From positions 314-64,313 of the forward strand of contig CAWAUO010000004.1 of assembly GCA_963785245.1 (NCBI GenBank): 64,000 bases of DNA, read 5' to 3'. Position numbers and translations under genes: made by a program. Positions 1 to 11,358 of the stretch are shown piece after piece. This DNA is from an uncultured Actinomycetota bacterium (GTDB taxonomy: Bacteria; Actinomycetota; Acidimicrobiia; Spongiisociales; UBA5794). Within the stretch, counting starts at the first letter, position 1, and every line of letters begins with the position of its first letter. The notes under the pieces are model-generated. The model did no database searches, was not told where the DNA came from, and saw nothing but the letters and a program-made list of their open reading frames with translations.

Positions 1-168
1 GCGGTCGAACTCGAGGAGCTTCCCGGTGTGGGATCGGTCCTGGCGGGTCGGATCGTGGCCTACCGGGATCTGAATGGCCCGTTCGGCGCCGTGGAGGATC
101 TGCTCGATGTCGGAGGGATCGGCGAGGCGAAGCTTGCCGCCATGCGCGACGCGATCGCTGCGCCGTAG
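1..168 (+). CDS. comEA: ComEA DNA-binding protein, C-terminal helix-hairpin-helix part (5' truncated by window)
   Basis: Frame 1 reads ...ELEELPGVGSVLAGRIVAYRDLNGPFGAVEDLLDVGGIGEAKLAAMR..*, two HhH motifs, directly before comEC. Confidence 0.9.
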   Translation, partial: AVELEELPGVGSVLAGRIVAYRDLNGPFGAVEDLLDVGGIGEAKLAAMRDAIAAP

Positions 169-2291
169 ATGCGGTCGCCTTCGCTCGCGGGACGGTGGAC
201 GATCGCCGGAGCGGCCGCCGTCTGGATCGGTGCGCTGCTCGGTCTCCGAGTCGGGATCGGCCTGGTCTTCATTGCCTTCGCCGTAGCGGTTCTGGTGGTG
301 CTCCGATCGATGCCCGCCGCGGTGCTCGTGGCACTGATCGCCGCCGGGGCGATGTCGGGTGCGTTCGCTGCAGATCGCATTGCTGCGACGTTGACCGCGG
401 AGGTACCGGTTGGGCCCATCGAATTCGTTGGCGTGGTGGCGGAAGACGACGGTCCGCAGCGACCGGCCGTCGTGAAGCCGGAGGCGCTCCACGAACCCGA
501 CGGGTGGCGACCGTGGAGCGGACCGCCCCTCGGTGTCGGCCCCGAACCAGGCGAGCCACTCGTGGCGGGCCAGAGGATCCGAGTGGTCGGCACCGCGAGG
601 AGCGTTCCCGGCCGTATCCGGGGTGATCCGATCGCGGGAAGGGTCACGGTCAGTAAGGTGGAGGTGCTCGGAACGTCGGGCGGGCCGCTCTTCGTCGTCG
701 GGAATGCCGTCCGCGACCGGGTTCGATCCGTGCTCGACATCACCAACCGCAGCGAAGCCCTCGTCGCCGGGTTCCTCATCGGCGACACGACCGGCCTCAG
801 CCCTCGCGACCTCGACGCGCTCCGACGGTCGGGACTCACTCACTTCGTCGCCGTATCGGGTTCCAACGTCGCGCTCTTCTTGGCGGCCTGGTGGGTGATC
901 ACGGCATTCGTTGGCATCGGGCCGAGACGCCGCTTCGCCGTGGGCGTGCTCGGCCTGGCGATCTTCGTCGTGGTGACTCGGTGGGAGGCGTCAGTGCTCC
1001 GGGCCGCCTTCATGGCTGCGACGGTCCTGGGCGCCGCCGCATCCGGCATCGTGGTCGATACGTGGGTCGCCATCGGAGTGGCCGTCGGCGCCCTGCTGCT
1101 CTTGAGCGGGCAACTGGCGGCCGACGTGGGGTTCCAACTCTCCGTTGCCGCAACGGTCGGCATCCTCATCGGGTCCGGGATGTTCTCCGGTCGCCGGCCT
1201 CGACCTCTGTGGGCGACGCTCGGCGCGGCCACGGCGGCACAGATCTCGGTGGTGCCGATCCTCCTCCTCCACTTCGGGGCCGTGCCCCTGATGTCGCCGA
1301 TCGCGAACCTCTTCTCCGCTCCGCTCGTCACGGGTGCCACGATCACCGGGTCGCTCGCCGTCGTCGTGGGATGGAGTCCGGCCGTTGCCGTCTCTTCGGC
1401 GCTCGCTGGAGCCGTGCTCGCGATCGCAGACATCGCAGAACAGTGGCCGCAACTCGGTCCGGTCGGAGTCGGGACGTCGGCGGTCATCGTGATCCTCGTG
1501 CGAGCGAGACGCACGCGGCCGGTCGCCGTGGTCGTGCTCGCTCTGGTGATCGGTGCCACGACGCTCGTTCCCCGCGGACCGCCCGACCGCCCGCTGGTGA
1601 CGTTCCTCGACGTCGGGCAGGGTGACGCCGTCCTGCTGCGCGACCCCTCCGGTCGGGTGGCGCTCATCGACGGCGGCCGCGACCCGTCTGGTGCTGATCG
1701 AAGCGCTCCGACGCCATCACATCGGGAGGATCGACCTGCTCGTCGCCACGCACGGCGATGCCGACCACGTGGGCGGATTCGACGGCATTCTCGGCGACCG
1801 TTCGGTCGGCAGGCTCTGGGTGCCCGATCATCCCGACCCCGGACCGGAGATGGAGGCGTTGATCGCCGCCGCTACGGCGGCCGGTGTTCCGATCGACCAG
1901 GTCGGCCCCGGCATCTCGTACGCCCTTGGCGACATCGTCCTCGAGGCGCTGGGACCGAGAAGACGCTACGCAGAACGCAACGACGGTTCGATCGTGCTGT
2001 GGGCACTGGCCGGCAAGACCCTCCTGCTGCCGGGAGACATCGGAGCGGTGGCACAGCGGGAACTGCCGCCCCTGCAACCGGACATCTTGCTGGTCCCGCA
2101 CCATGGATCCTCGACAACCGATCTTGCATGGCTCGCCGCAACCGTTGGCGACGCTCGCCGTCATCAGCGTCGGTCCGAACACCTACGGGCATCCGGCGCC
2201 CGAGATCCAGGCTGTGCTCGCCGAGACTGGAGCCGACGTTCGGGTGACACGCGACGTCGGAGATGTGTCGATCGACCTCGGCGGCCCATGA
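169..2291 (+). CDS. comEC: ComEC/Rec2 competence protein, split by two frameshifts (~1685, ~2150)
   Basis: SGLTHFVAVSGSNV, GFQLS and FLDVGQGDA in ORF 169; THGDADHVGG and VPHHGS in the frame of ORF 1622; ISVGPNTYGHP in the frame of ORF 1884. Confidence 0.9.
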
Positions 2292-2361
2292 CGGCAGCCA
2301 TCTCGCCTTCGTATCGGCGCGGTGTGAGGCGTATGGTGCTGGCACAACGAAGGAGCGCGAA

Positions 2362-3347
2362 ATGACCAAAGTTCGATGGGGCATTCTGAGCACGGCGGAT
2401 ATCGGGATGGAGAAGGTCACACCGGCCATCCAGGCTGCCGAGAACTGCGACGTGGTTGCGATCGCCTCGCGGCAGTCAGGAGAGCGCGGCCGCTGCCGCC
2501 GCCCGCCTCGGGATACCGACGGCCTATGGCTCCTACGAGGAATTGCTTGCCGACGAGAATGTCGACGCGGTGTACATCCCACTCCCGAACGACATGCACG
2601 CCGAGTGGACGATGAAGGCTGCGGCCGCGGGCAAGCACATTCTCTGCGAGAAGCCGCTGGCGATGAACGCCGCGCAGGCCGAGGAGATGGCGGCTGCCTG
2701 CGAAGACGCCGGGGTGAAGCTGCCGAAGCATTCATGTACCGGCTCCACCCGATCTGGCTCGAGGCCGTTCGCCTCGTGCGCAGCGGGGTGATCGGCGACG
2801 TGCAGGCTGTCCAGAGTTGGTTCAGCTTCCACAACGATGATCCACTGAACATCCGGAACCGGGTCGAGAACGGCGGCGGCGCGATCATGGACATCGGCTG
2901 CTACAACATCAACGCCTCCCGGATGCTGTTCGATGCCGAACCGGAGCGCATCCAAGCGACCGTGCGTCGGGATCCCACGATGGGAATCGATACGTTGACC
3001 TCGGCGATTCTCGAGTTCCCAGGCGGGCAGACAGGCATCGTTCACCTGCACCACACGGGGCGAGGACTACCAGAGCGTCAACATCATCGGCACAACCGGT
3101 CGGATCGACATGGACATCCCCTTCAACATCCCGGTCGACCGCGAGACGAAGATCCGCGTGGTGTCCGGCGGTACACCGCCGGAGGACCCGGCGGTCGAGA
3201 CCCTGATCTTCCCGGTCGCTGAACCAGTACACGATCCAGGCAGAAGTGTTCGCCCAGGCGGTGCTTGATGACACCCCCGTTGTGGTCCCGGTTTCGGACG
3301 CGATCAACAACATGAAGGTGATCGACGAGATCCTGGCGACGCCCTAG
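2362..3347 (+). CDS. Gfo/Idh/MocA oxidoreductase (aldose dehydrogenase-like), about four frameshifts (~2480, ~2722, ~3028, ~3220)
   Basis: AAGGAG RBS then [15 protein letters not shown]; [35 protein letters not shown] and [10 protein letters not shown] recovered across frames. Confidence 0.85.
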
Positions 3348-3429
3348 GACTGAGAGGGTCGAGCGCTCGGAAGTATCCTTGAGGACGGTTCAGACGAAGA
3401 CAACCCAGACAAGCGAGAGGGATGATCCT

Positions 3430-4149
3430 GTGAGAGACATCAGCGGATTGACGATTGCGATTACCGGAGCGAGTGCAGGGATTGGTGAGGCAACGGCTCG
3501 TGCGGTCGTTGCAGCGGGCGCGTCGGTCGTGCTCGGAGCGCGACGGGTCGACCGTCTTGCGGAATTGGCCGCCGAGTTGGGAGAGCAGGCCGCCATCGTC
3601 GAGATGGACGTGCGCGAACCGGCCGATTCGCAACGCCTGGTCGCTGAGGCCAAGGCCCGATTCGGTGGCCTGGATGCCCTTGTCGCGAACGCCGGGATCG
3701 GCGCCTACGGCGGGATCATGGATCTGACCGACGAGAAGCTCAAGACGATGATGGACACGAACGTGGCAGGAACCGTGTGGCCAATTCGCGCCGCCGTCCC
3801 AGGTTTCGTCGAACAGGGCAGCGGGGATATCGTCATCGTTGCATCCGTCGCTGGAATCCGCGGAGCCGGCGACGAGGCCGTCTACGCCGCGACGAAGTTC
3901 GCTCAGGTGGGCCTCGCAGGCGGACTCGATCGCGAGCTTCGCGAATCGGGCGTTCGCGTGAGCACGATCGCCCCGGGTGGTACTGCCACCGAATTCGCCA
4001 TGGGGGCGGGCCGCACACCGGGTATGCCGGGTCTCGACGACATGATGACCGCCGATAACGTGGCACAGGCCGTGGTTACCGTTCTTCAGCAGCCGCTTTC
4101 GATGCGCACGCTCATGTGGTCGATGCGGAGCATCAAGGAATCCGACTAG
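3430..4149 (+). CDS. SDR family oxidoreductase
   Basis: [13 protein letters not shown] and YAATK catalytic motif. Confidence 0.93.
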   Translation: MRDISGLTIAITGASAGIGEATARAVVAAGASVVLGARRVDRLAELAAELGEQAAIVEMDVREPADSQRLVAEAKARFGGLDALVANAGIGAYGGIMDLTDEKLKTMMDTNVAGTVWPIRAAVPGFVEQGSGDIVIVASVAGIRGAGDEAVYAATKFAQVGLAGGLDRELRESGVRVSTIAPGGTATEFAMGAGRTPGMPGLDDMMTADNVAQAVVTVLQQPLSMRTLMWSMRSIKESD

Positions 4150-4185
4150 TCGGGAGGGCCCATCGGCGGTTCGGCGAGACGGCGT

Positions 4186-4980
4186 TCAACCGTGGAGTTG
4201 CTCGCGTTCCGTCTCGGTGACATCGCTCGGGAGCTTCCCGATGATGATCATGCCGAGTACGTCGTCCATCGTGACGTCGTCCTTGTTGACGGTGCCGACG
4301 AGCTTGCCTTGGAGAACCACACAGATGCGATCGGCGAGGTCGAACACGTCGTGGATATCGTGGCTGATGAGGAAGATGCCGATCCCTTCGGCCTTCAACT
4401 GCTTGATCAGTTCGCCGACCTGGGCGGTCTCGGCCGGTCCGAGAGCGGCGGTGGGCTCATCCATGATGATGATGCGGGCGTTGTAGTAGACCGACTTCGC
4501 GATAGCGATCGATTGACGCTGACCACCCGAGAGTGAGCTCACCGGAACCTTGAAGTTCTGGAAATTCGGGTTCAGGCGGGTCATCACCTTGCGCGTTTCG
4601 GACTCCATCGCTGCATCGTCGAGGGTTCCCCACCGGGACCGGAGTTCACGGCCGAGAAACATGTTCCCGGCCGCGTCGATGTTCTCCGCGAGAGCGAGCG
4701 TCTGGTAGATGGTCTCGATTCCGAGCGCCTTGGCATCGCGCGGATTGTCGATCGTGACATCCTGGCCGTCGATCGTGATCTGGCCGGAGTCCGCTTTGTG
4801 GGCGCCCGACAACGTCTTGATGAGCGTCGTCTTTCCGGCGCCATTGCCGCCGACGAGGGCAACCACCTCTCCGGGGAAGAGATCTACGGATACGTCATCG
4901 ACCGCGTGCACACCGCCGAACGCGACCCGAATGTTGTTCATCTCAACGAGGGGTGTCTGTTGAACGGTTTCCTGTGTCAC
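4186..4980 (-). CDS. Sugar ABC transporter ATP-binding protein (XylG-like, single domain)
   Basis: GGNGAGKT Walker A, LSGGQRQ signature, IMDEPT. Confidence 0.93.
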   Translation of the reverse strand: MTQETVQQTPLVEMNNIRVAFGGVHAVDDVSVDLFPGEVVALVGGNGAGKTTLIKTLSGAHKADSGQITIDGQDVTIDNPRDAKALGIETIYQTLALAENIDAAGNMFLGRELRSRWGTLDDAAMESETRKVMTRLNPNFQNFKVPVSSLSGGQRQSIAIAKSVYYNARIIIMDEPTAALGPAETAQVGELIKQLKAEGIGIFLISHDIHDVFDLADRICVVLQGKLVGTVNKDDVTMDDVLGMIIIGKLPSDVTETEREQLHG

Positions 4981-4984
4981 GTCG

Positions 4985-6325
4985 CTACACCGCCTTCCGC
5001 TGATAGAAGCTATCGAGGGCGACGGCGGCGATCAGCACGATGCCGACAACGACGTCCTGGAGCGGCGCCTCGACTCCCATGAGGACCATGCCGGAGACAA
5101 GCGACTGCATGACGAGGGCACCGAGCACGGCGCCGGGGATCGTACCGACACCGCCGGCCAGGGAAGTACCTCCGATGACGGCGGCGGCGATGACGTAGAG
5201 CTCCGCCAGTTGACCCATGCCGCTCGTCGCGGCGTTGAGGCGAGCGATCTGGACCGCAGAGGCGATCGAGATGAGTACTCCCAGCAACATGAACGTCTTC
5301 ACGATCGTCCACCGGGACTTGATACCGGCGAGGTTGGCAGCTTCGGGGTTGCCGCCGATCGCGTAGACGTAGCGGCCGTAGCGGGTTCGGGTGGCGACGA
5401 ACTGCATGACGATCGTCACAACGATGGCGACCAACACCGGAGCGGCGAGACCGAGCGGGATGCTGAGCCCGCCTTCGGGCCACGCAATGCCGTTCTCCTC
5501 CGCGTACTGCATCGCGAGGCGTTCCGGCATCGGGTAGCTGTTGATGACGGCAACGGCACCGATCACGACGCCGCAGGCGACCACCCCGAGGGCGATCTCC
5601 GCCCACACCGGCCGAGGCTGGAATCCGAACTTGATCCGTTGACGGCGACGTGTGACGAGCAATACAACGATGCCGATACACGCAGCGATGCCGATGATCC
5701 AGGTCCATGTACCGCCGATGGTCCCTCGTGATCCGCCACCGAAGATCTGGAAGGTCGCATCCATCGGAGCAATCGTGCGGCCGCTTGCCATCCACCACGC
5801 CACGCCGCGCCAGACAAGGAGTCCGCCGAGGGTGACGATGAACGACGGCACACCCACATACGCAATGATCACGCCCTGGAGGCCGCCAATCGCGGCTCCC
5901 ATCGCGATGCCGGCAGCGAGCGAGACGATCCAGACCATCGGATGACCGATGCCGAAAATGTCGGGCAGGATCTCGGCCTGGAGCAACGCCATGGCCATGC
6001 CGACCGCGGCAAGCACGGAGCCGACGGAGAGGTCGATATTTCTGGTCACGATGACCAGCACCATCCCCGTCGCCATGATTGCGACGACCGACGTCTGGAC
6101 GGTGAGGTTCCAAAGGTTCCGGGCGGTGAGGAACGTGCCGCCCGACATGATGTTGAAGGCGATCCAGATGACGATCAGGGCGCCGATCATGCCGAGGAGT
6201 CGCGTATCGATCTCGGCGGACCGGAAGAGGCTCCCGAACGAGCGCGGACCCTTCTCCGTCCGGGAGGGCGGGGCGGTGGCCTCCGCTGCCGCGTCGGCGG
6301 CGCTGGTGTCGGGTTGATCGGTCAA
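4985..6325 (-). CDS. xylH: Sugar ABC transporter permease (XylH-like)
   Basis: [45 protein letters not shown]. Confidence 0.88.
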   Translation of the reverse strand: MTDQPDTSAADAAAEATAPPSRTEKGPRSFGSLFRSAEIDTRLLGMIGALIVIWIAFNIMSGGTFLTARNLWNLTVQTSVVAIMATGMVLVIVTRNIDLSVGSVLAAVGMAMALLQAEILPDIFGIGHPMVWIVSLAAGIAMGAAIGGLQGVIIAYVGVPSFIVTLGGLLVWRGVAWWMASGRTIAPMDATFQIFGGGSRGTIGGTWTWIIGIAACIGIVVLLVTRRRQRIKFGFQPRPVWAEIALGVVACGVVIGAVAVINSYPMPERLAMQYAEENGIAWPEGGLSIPLGLAAPVLVAIVVTIVMQFVATRTRYGRYVYAIGGNPEAANLAGIKSRWTIVKTFMLLGVLISIASAVQIARLNAATSGMGQLAELYVIAAAVIGGTSLAGGVGTIPGAVLGALVMQSLVSGMVLMGVEAPLQDVVVGIVLIAAVALDSFYQRKAV

Positions 6326-6371
6326 AGCGGACCGTACCTTAGACGGAGTTGTGGCTGTGTGTTGCAGACGC

Positions 6372-6405
6372 GAGAAGGGCGCCCGCCGGAGCGAGCGCCC
6401 TTCTC
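6372..6405 (-). terminator. Stem-loop between xylF and xylH (terminator or mRNA stabiliser)
   Basis: GAGAAGGGCGC-N12-GCGCCCTTCTC perfect 11-bp inverted repeat downstream of the binding-protein gene. Confidence 0.7.
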
Positions 6406-6435
6406 TTCGATTGACAGATTGTCAGTCGGTGCTGC

Positions 6436-7545
6436 CTAGGGGCAGACCGCCACGCTGCCAGCTTCGACGTCCTTGCACAGGTCGTCGACGCTGATCCAGC
6501 CAGCGGTGACGACGAGATCGAGGTTGTCCTGGGTGATCGGCTGCGGCGACAGGAGGATCGAGAACATCTCGTTCCCTTCCGGCGTCGTGAACTTGACCAT
6601 CGACGGAACATCTTCCATCGCGGTGCCGGCTGCGAGCAGTGCTGCAACTTCACCAGCGGTCTTGCCGAGGATCCGGGCGTCCTTCCACACCGACACGGTC
6701 TGCGAGCCGAGTGCGACGCGGTTCAGAGCGGCGCCGTCGCCGTCCTGACCCGAGACGGGAACAACACCGTCGAGGCCCTGTGCCGCCAGTGCGGCAACAA
6801 CGCCGCCAGCCGTGCCGTCGTTCGAGGCGACGACAGCCTGGACATCGTTGTCGAGTTCGGTCAGGAACTGCTCCATGTTGGTCTGTGCAACCTCAGGGGC
6901 CCAGTTGTCCGTGTAGGACTCGCCGACGATGACAACGTCACCGGCGTCGATGGCGTCCTGCAGGACCTCTTGCTGACCACCACGCAGGAAGTCTGCATTG
7001 GCGTCGGCAGCGTTGCCCTTGATCATGACGTAGTTCCCAGCCGGAACGGCTTCAAGGATCGCACGAGCCTGCATGCGGCCAACCTCAACGTTGTCGAACG
7101 TGATGTAGAACGCGTTCGGGTCTTCGATGAGACGGTCGTATGCGATGACCGGTATGCCCTGGTCAATCGCACTCTGTACGGCGGGCTTGATGGCCGTGCC
7201 GTCCTGAGCGAGGATGATCAGTGCCTGAGCGCCCTGAGAAATCAGGTTCTCAACGTCCGTGATCTGCTGCTCGACCGAGGAGCCGGCATCGGCGGAGATG
7301 TACGTGGCACCGGCGGCTTCAAGAGCTGCCTTGATGTCCGGCTCATCCCACTTCGCCCAACGCTCTTCGTTGTAGTTGTTCCACGACACGCCGACGATGA
7401 GCTCATCGCTCATGGCCTCGGTCGTCGTTGTCTCGTCCCCGCCGGCTGCGGCGGTCGTCGTCGTGTCATCGCTATCGCTGCTGCAGGCAGCAACGATCAT
7501 TGCGAACACGGCGAGCAAGACGAGAAGCTTGATGCTTCGCTTCAT
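6436..7545 (-). CDS. xylF: D-xylose-type ABC substrate-binding lipoprotein
   Basis: Lipobox IVAAC; SWNNYNEERW..D, AYDRLI, FDNVEVG, SGQDGD, QTVSVWKD are XylF-family motifs. Confidence 0.88.
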   Translation of the reverse strand: MKRSIKLLVLLAVFAMIVAACSSDSDDTTTTAAAGGDETTTTEAMSDELIVGVSWNNYNEERWAKWDEPDIKAALEAAGATYISADAGSSVEQQITDVENLISQGAQALIILAQDGTAIKPAVQSAIDQGIPVIAYDRLIEDPNAFYITFDNVEVGRMQARAILEAVPAGNYVMIKGNAADANADFLRGGQQEVLQDAIDAGDVVIVGESYTDNWAPEVAQTNMEQFLTELDNDVQAVVASNDGTAGGVVAALAAQGLDGVVPVSGQDGDGAALNRVALGSQTVSVWKDARILGKTAGEVAALLAAGTAMEDVPSMVKFTTPEGNEMFSILLSPQPITQDNLDLVVTAGWISVDDLCKDVEAGSVAVCP

Positions 7546-7794
7546 TTGTCCTCCATGTAATGGTTGCGACCGCAGCTGCGGCCACTTACTACAAACTATA
7601 TACCCGCATCACCGCGAACTACTGGCGTTGGAGACTATTCCGAAGGGAGCGCCGATCGGGTTCCGGCGGGCCGATGCGGGCCCCTGGTGCCGGGTGCCGT
7701 ATCGAGGGTCGAGCGCGTTCGCGAGGTGGCACCGGGGGCTACCCTTCGCGCAGATCTGCGGACCGTTGCGGCGAACTCAGGAGGCGGGCAATCG

Positions 7795-9663
7795 ATGTCG
7801 GACAGCCGACCGAACCGTCTGGTGCAATTGATCGCGGTGGCGATGGCGGTGAGCCTCATCGTCGGCGCCTGTTCTATCGGTGGTTCCGGTGAGCCCGACT
7901 GCCCTCCGATTGCCGAACACCCCGATTGGTCCGTGGCGCGACGGTGGAACGAGGTGCTCCTCGATGCGATCAGACGCGATCTTCCGGCGCCCACCGTCCA
8001 CGCCAGGAACCTCTACCACACCTCGGCCGCGATGTGGGATGCCTGGGCGGCGTACGACCCGGCCGCCAACGGCGTCTTCGTCGACGAGGACCGGAGCGCG
8101 GCGGACGTCGACGCCGCTCGTGAAGAGGCGATCAGCTACGCCGCGTTCCGCGTGCTCGAAGCCCGGTATCTCGACTCGATCGGCGCCACCGAGACGATCC
8201 CCGAGTTCGACCGACTGATGGGCAACCTGTGCTATTCGATCGACGTCACCACGACCGAGGGTGACACGCCGGCAGCGCTCGGCAACCGGATCGCCGATGT
8301 GATCCTTGAAGCCGGGATGGTCGACGGCTCGAACGAAGCCGAGGGGTATGCCTCTCCGGGATTCGATCCGGTGAATCCGCCGCTGACCGTCAACGCCTCG
8401 GGGACGACGCTGATCGACCCCAACCGGTGGCAGCCGCTCCAGATCGAGCGCATGATCTCGCAGAACGGGATCGAACTCGAGAACGGTGTCCAGGAGTCGA
8501 TCGATCCGCACTGGGGCCACGTCGTGGGGTTCGCGCTCCCGCCCGTGGGCGAGTCCGGCGTTCCGATCGATCCCGGTGACCCGCCCTACGTTCACGACCC
8601 GGAGACCGATCAGGAGTACAAGGACGCGGCCGTCGAGGTCGTCGCCTACAGCAGCGTGCTCGACCCCACGTTTGGTGTCGAGGTCGATGTGTCACCTGCG
8701 ACGCTCGGCGCGAACCCCCTCGGTACGAACGACGGCAACGGGTACAGCCTCAACCCCGTGACGGGGGGCCCCTACGAGCCGAACGTCGTCAACCAGGGCG
8801 ACTTCGGTCGAACGGTCGCCGAGTTCTGGGCCGACGGACCGGACTCGGAGACGCCACCCGGCCACTGGAACACGATGGCAAACGCCGTCACGGAGGAACT
8901 CGGTGACGATTTGCGCATTGGCGGCATCGGCGATCCGGTCGATGCCCTCGAGTGGGACGTGAAGCTGTACCTGGCGCTGAATGGCGCGAACCACGATGCG
9001 GCGATCGCTGCGTGGGGGACGAAGGGCCACTTCGACTACATCCGCCCGATCTCGATGATCCGATGGATGGGTGGCAACGGCCAGTCGAGCGATCCGGACG
9101 GACCGTCATATCACGCGGACGGTCTGCCACTCGTTGACGGCCTCGTTGAGGTGATCACCGCAGAGACGGCTGAGGCCGGTGAGCGCCACTCGGGTCTCGT
9201 GGGCCACGAAGGCGAGATCGCGGCGTTGTCCTATGCAGGGAATCCGCCGGACCTGGAGACTGAGATTGGCGGGGTCGAGTGGATTCTCGCGATCGACTGG
9301 GTTCCTTACCAGGCACCGACGTTCGTCACGCCGTCGTTCTCCGGCTACGTCTCGGGACACAGCACGTTCAGCCGGGCGTCGGCGGAGGTCCTGACCGGCA
9401 TCACGGGGACCGAGTTCTTCCCCGGCGGACTCGGCGAGTGGGCGATTGCGGCAGACGCGCTCGAGTTCGAGGCTGGCACCGACAACGGCATCACCCTCCA
9501 GTGGGCCACCTACCAGGACGCATCCGATCAGGCTGGCGTGTCGCGCCTGTACGGCGGGATCCACGTTCGTGCCGACGACTTCGCCGGCCGCATCATCGGC
9601 GCCGAGGTCGGAACGGCCGCTTGGAAACTCGCCCAGACGTACTACGGGGGAGCGAGCGGATGA
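7795..9663 (+). CDS. Vanadium-dependent haloperoxidase / PAP2-superfamily lipoprotein
   Basis: Lipobox LIVGAC; K-x6-RP (KGHFDYIRP), YVSGHS and SRLYGGIH vanadate/phosphate-binding motifs; PPGHW and EFWADGP. Confidence 0.85.
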   Translation: MSDSRPNRLVQLIAVAMAVSLIVGACSIGGSGEPDCPPIAEHPDWSVARRWNEVLLDAIRRDLPAPTVHARNLYHTSAAMWDAWAAYDPAANGVFVDEDRSAADVDAAREEAISYAAFRVLEARYLDSIGATETIPEFDRLMGNLCYSIDVTTTEGDTPAALGNRIADVILEAGMVDGSNEAEGYASPGFDPVNPPLTVNASGTTLIDPNRWQPLQIERMISQNGIELENGVQESIDPHWGHVVGFALPPVGESGVPIDPGDPPYVHDPETDQEYKDAAVEVVAYSSVLDPTFGVEVDVSPATLGANPLGTNDGNGYSLNPVTGGPYEPNVVNQGDFGRTVAEFWADGPDSETPPGHWNTMANAVTEELGDDLRIGGIGDPVDALEWDVKLYLALNGANHDAAIAAWGTKGHFDYIRPISMIRWMGGNGQSSDPDGPSYHADGLPLVDGLVEVITAETAEAGERHSGLVGHEGEIAALSYAGNPPDLETEIGGVEWILAIDWVPYQAPTFVTPSFSGYVSGHSTFSRASAEVLTGITGTEFFPGGLGEWAIAADALEFEAGTDNGITLQWATYQDASDQAGVSRLYGGIHVRADDFAGRIIGAEVGTAAWKLAQTYYGGASG

Positions 9664-11312
9664 ACAGGACGGCATGGATTGGAGTCATCGTTGCCATCGT
9701 CCTTGTGGCGGTCGGTGTCGGTGCGTTCGTGGTGTTGACCTCGGGTGGACCGACCACACCGAACGAGGCCATGGGGGCGCCGCGCTACGTCGAAGAGGCT
9801 GAGGCCGCCGGAGTCGACCATGCATACGACGGCGACTGGACGTTCTTTGTCGGTGGCGGTGTGGCCGCCTTCGACTGCGATGACGACCGCAAGCCGGACC
9901 TCTATTTCGCCGGTGGGGTGAACCCGGCCGGTCTCTACCGCAACGAAAGCCCGATCGCCGGTTCGCTGCAGTTCAGCGAGGTGCTCGACTCCGGGATCGA
10001 CCTCGATGGTGTCACCGGTGCCTACCCCGTCGACATCGACTCCGATGGCCACACCGATCTCGCTGTCCTCAGATTCGGAGAGAACGTACTGTTCCGGGGG
10101 CTTGGCGAGTGTCGGTTCGAGCGAGCGAACGAGGCTCTGGATTTCGACGGCGGAGACGAGTGGACCGCCGGCTTCAGCGCCACCTGGGAGGGAGAGAACG
10201 CACTCCCGACCCTGGCGATCGGCATGTACGTCGAACTGGATGAGGACGGCCGACAGAACGGCGACTGCTCCGACAACCGGCTGTTCCGACCGACCGGTTT
10301 GACCTACGGCGAACCGATCCTCCTCAGTCCAGGCTGGTGCACGCTCTCGCTCCTCTTCAGCGACTGGGACCGTTCCGGCCGGCGGGATCTCCGCGTCGCC
10401 AACGACAAGCACTACTACAGCGACGGGGAAGAACAGTTGTGGCGCATGGAGGAGGGCCAGCCTCCGCGTCTGTATACGAGGGAGGACGGCTGGAAGAAGC
10501 TCCAGATCTGGGGGATGGGGATTGCCAGCCACGACGTGACCGGCGACGGCTACCCCGAGGTGTACTTGACCAGCCAGGGTGACAACAAGTTCCAGGAACT
10601 CAGCGAAGGGCCGGAGCAGCCGATCTACAGCGACATCGCGATTCGGAGGGGCCTGACCGCCCACCGGCCGTACACCGGCGGCGATGTGCTGCCCTCGACC
10701 GGTTGGCATCCCGAGTTCCAGGACGTCAACAACGACGGCTTCACGGACCTCTTCGTCTCCAAGGGCAATGTCGACGCGATGCCCGAGTATGCAGCGCAGG
10801 ATCCCAACAACCTGCTCCTCGGCCAACCGGACGGGACGTTCGTCGAGGGGGCGGTCGACGCCGGCATCGTTCACTTCAACCGCAGCCGCGGTGCAGCGCT
10901 CGTCGACCTCAACCTCGATGGTCTCCTGGATCTGATCGAGGTCAACCGGGTCGCCAATGTGAACCTCCTCCGCAACGTCGGATCGGGTGACGCAGCGAGC
11001 GCGGTCCCGATGGGGAACTGGATTGCGATCCAACTCGAGCAGCCGGGGGTGAACCCCGATGCCATCGGATCATGGGTCGAGGTGAAGGTCGGCGATCTCA
11101 CTGTTCAGACCGAGGCCACGATCGGGGGAGGCCACGCCGGTGACCAGACCGGCTGGGTCCATTTCGGCCTCGGGCCGTCCGAAGAGGCGGAGGTGCGCGT
11201 CCAGTGGCCGGACGGAACCGTCGGACCCTGGATGAAGGTCGACGCCAACCAGTTCGTGGACATCGAACGTAACGTGGAGGAACCAACCGTCTGGGTGCCC
11301 TTCGAGGGTTGA
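9660..11312 (+). CDS. CRTAC1 / ASPIC-UnbV family protein (FG-GAP-like Ca-binding repeats)
   Basis: N-terminal TM; repeated DxDxDGxxDL motifs; C-terminal DAIGSWV...VHFGLG...VQWPDG; ATGA overlap with upstream gene. Confidence 0.88.
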   Translation: MNRTAWIGVIVAIVLVAVGVGAFVVLTSGGPTTPNEAMGAPRYVEEAEAAGVDHAYDGDWTFFVGGGVAAFDCDDDRKPDLYFAGGVNPAGLYRNESPIAGSLQFSEVLDSGIDLDGVTGAYPVDIDSDGHTDLAVLRFGENVLFRGLGECRFERANEALDFDGGDEWTAGFSATWEGENALPTLAIGMYVELDEDGRQNGDCSDNRLFRPTGLTYGEPILLSPGWCTLSLLFSDWDRSGRRDLRVANDKHYYSDGEEQLWRMEEGQPPRLYTREDGWKKLQIWGMGIASHDVTGDGYPEVYLTSQGDNKFQELSEGPEQPIYSDIAIRRGLTAHRPYTGGDVLPSTGWHPEFQDVNNDGFTDLFVSKGNVDAMPEYAAQDPNNLLLGQPDGTFVEGAVDAGIVHFNRSRGAALVDLNLDGLLDLIEVNRVANVNLLRNVGSGDAASAVPMGNWIAIQLEQPGVNPDAIGSWVEVKVGDLTVQTEATIGGGHAGDQTGWVHFGLGPSEEAEVRVQWPDGTVGPWMKVDANQFVDIERNVEEPTVWVPFEG

Positions 11313-11358
11313 CGGCAGCCGACTTGCGCAGCGGCGTCGGAGCGCGGAGACTCGCGCC

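Noticed and set aside
1680-3230. Programmed ribosomal frameshifting in comEC or the oxidoreductase
   Set aside because: Multiple scattered shifts without slippery heptamers; sequencing error or decay is simpler.
6411-6425. TTGACAGATTGTCAG, resembling the purine-block operator
   Set aside because: It lies just downstream of the xylF stop next to a larger stem-loop and extends into an RNA hairpin, so it is more likely mRNA structure than an operator. Not excluded.
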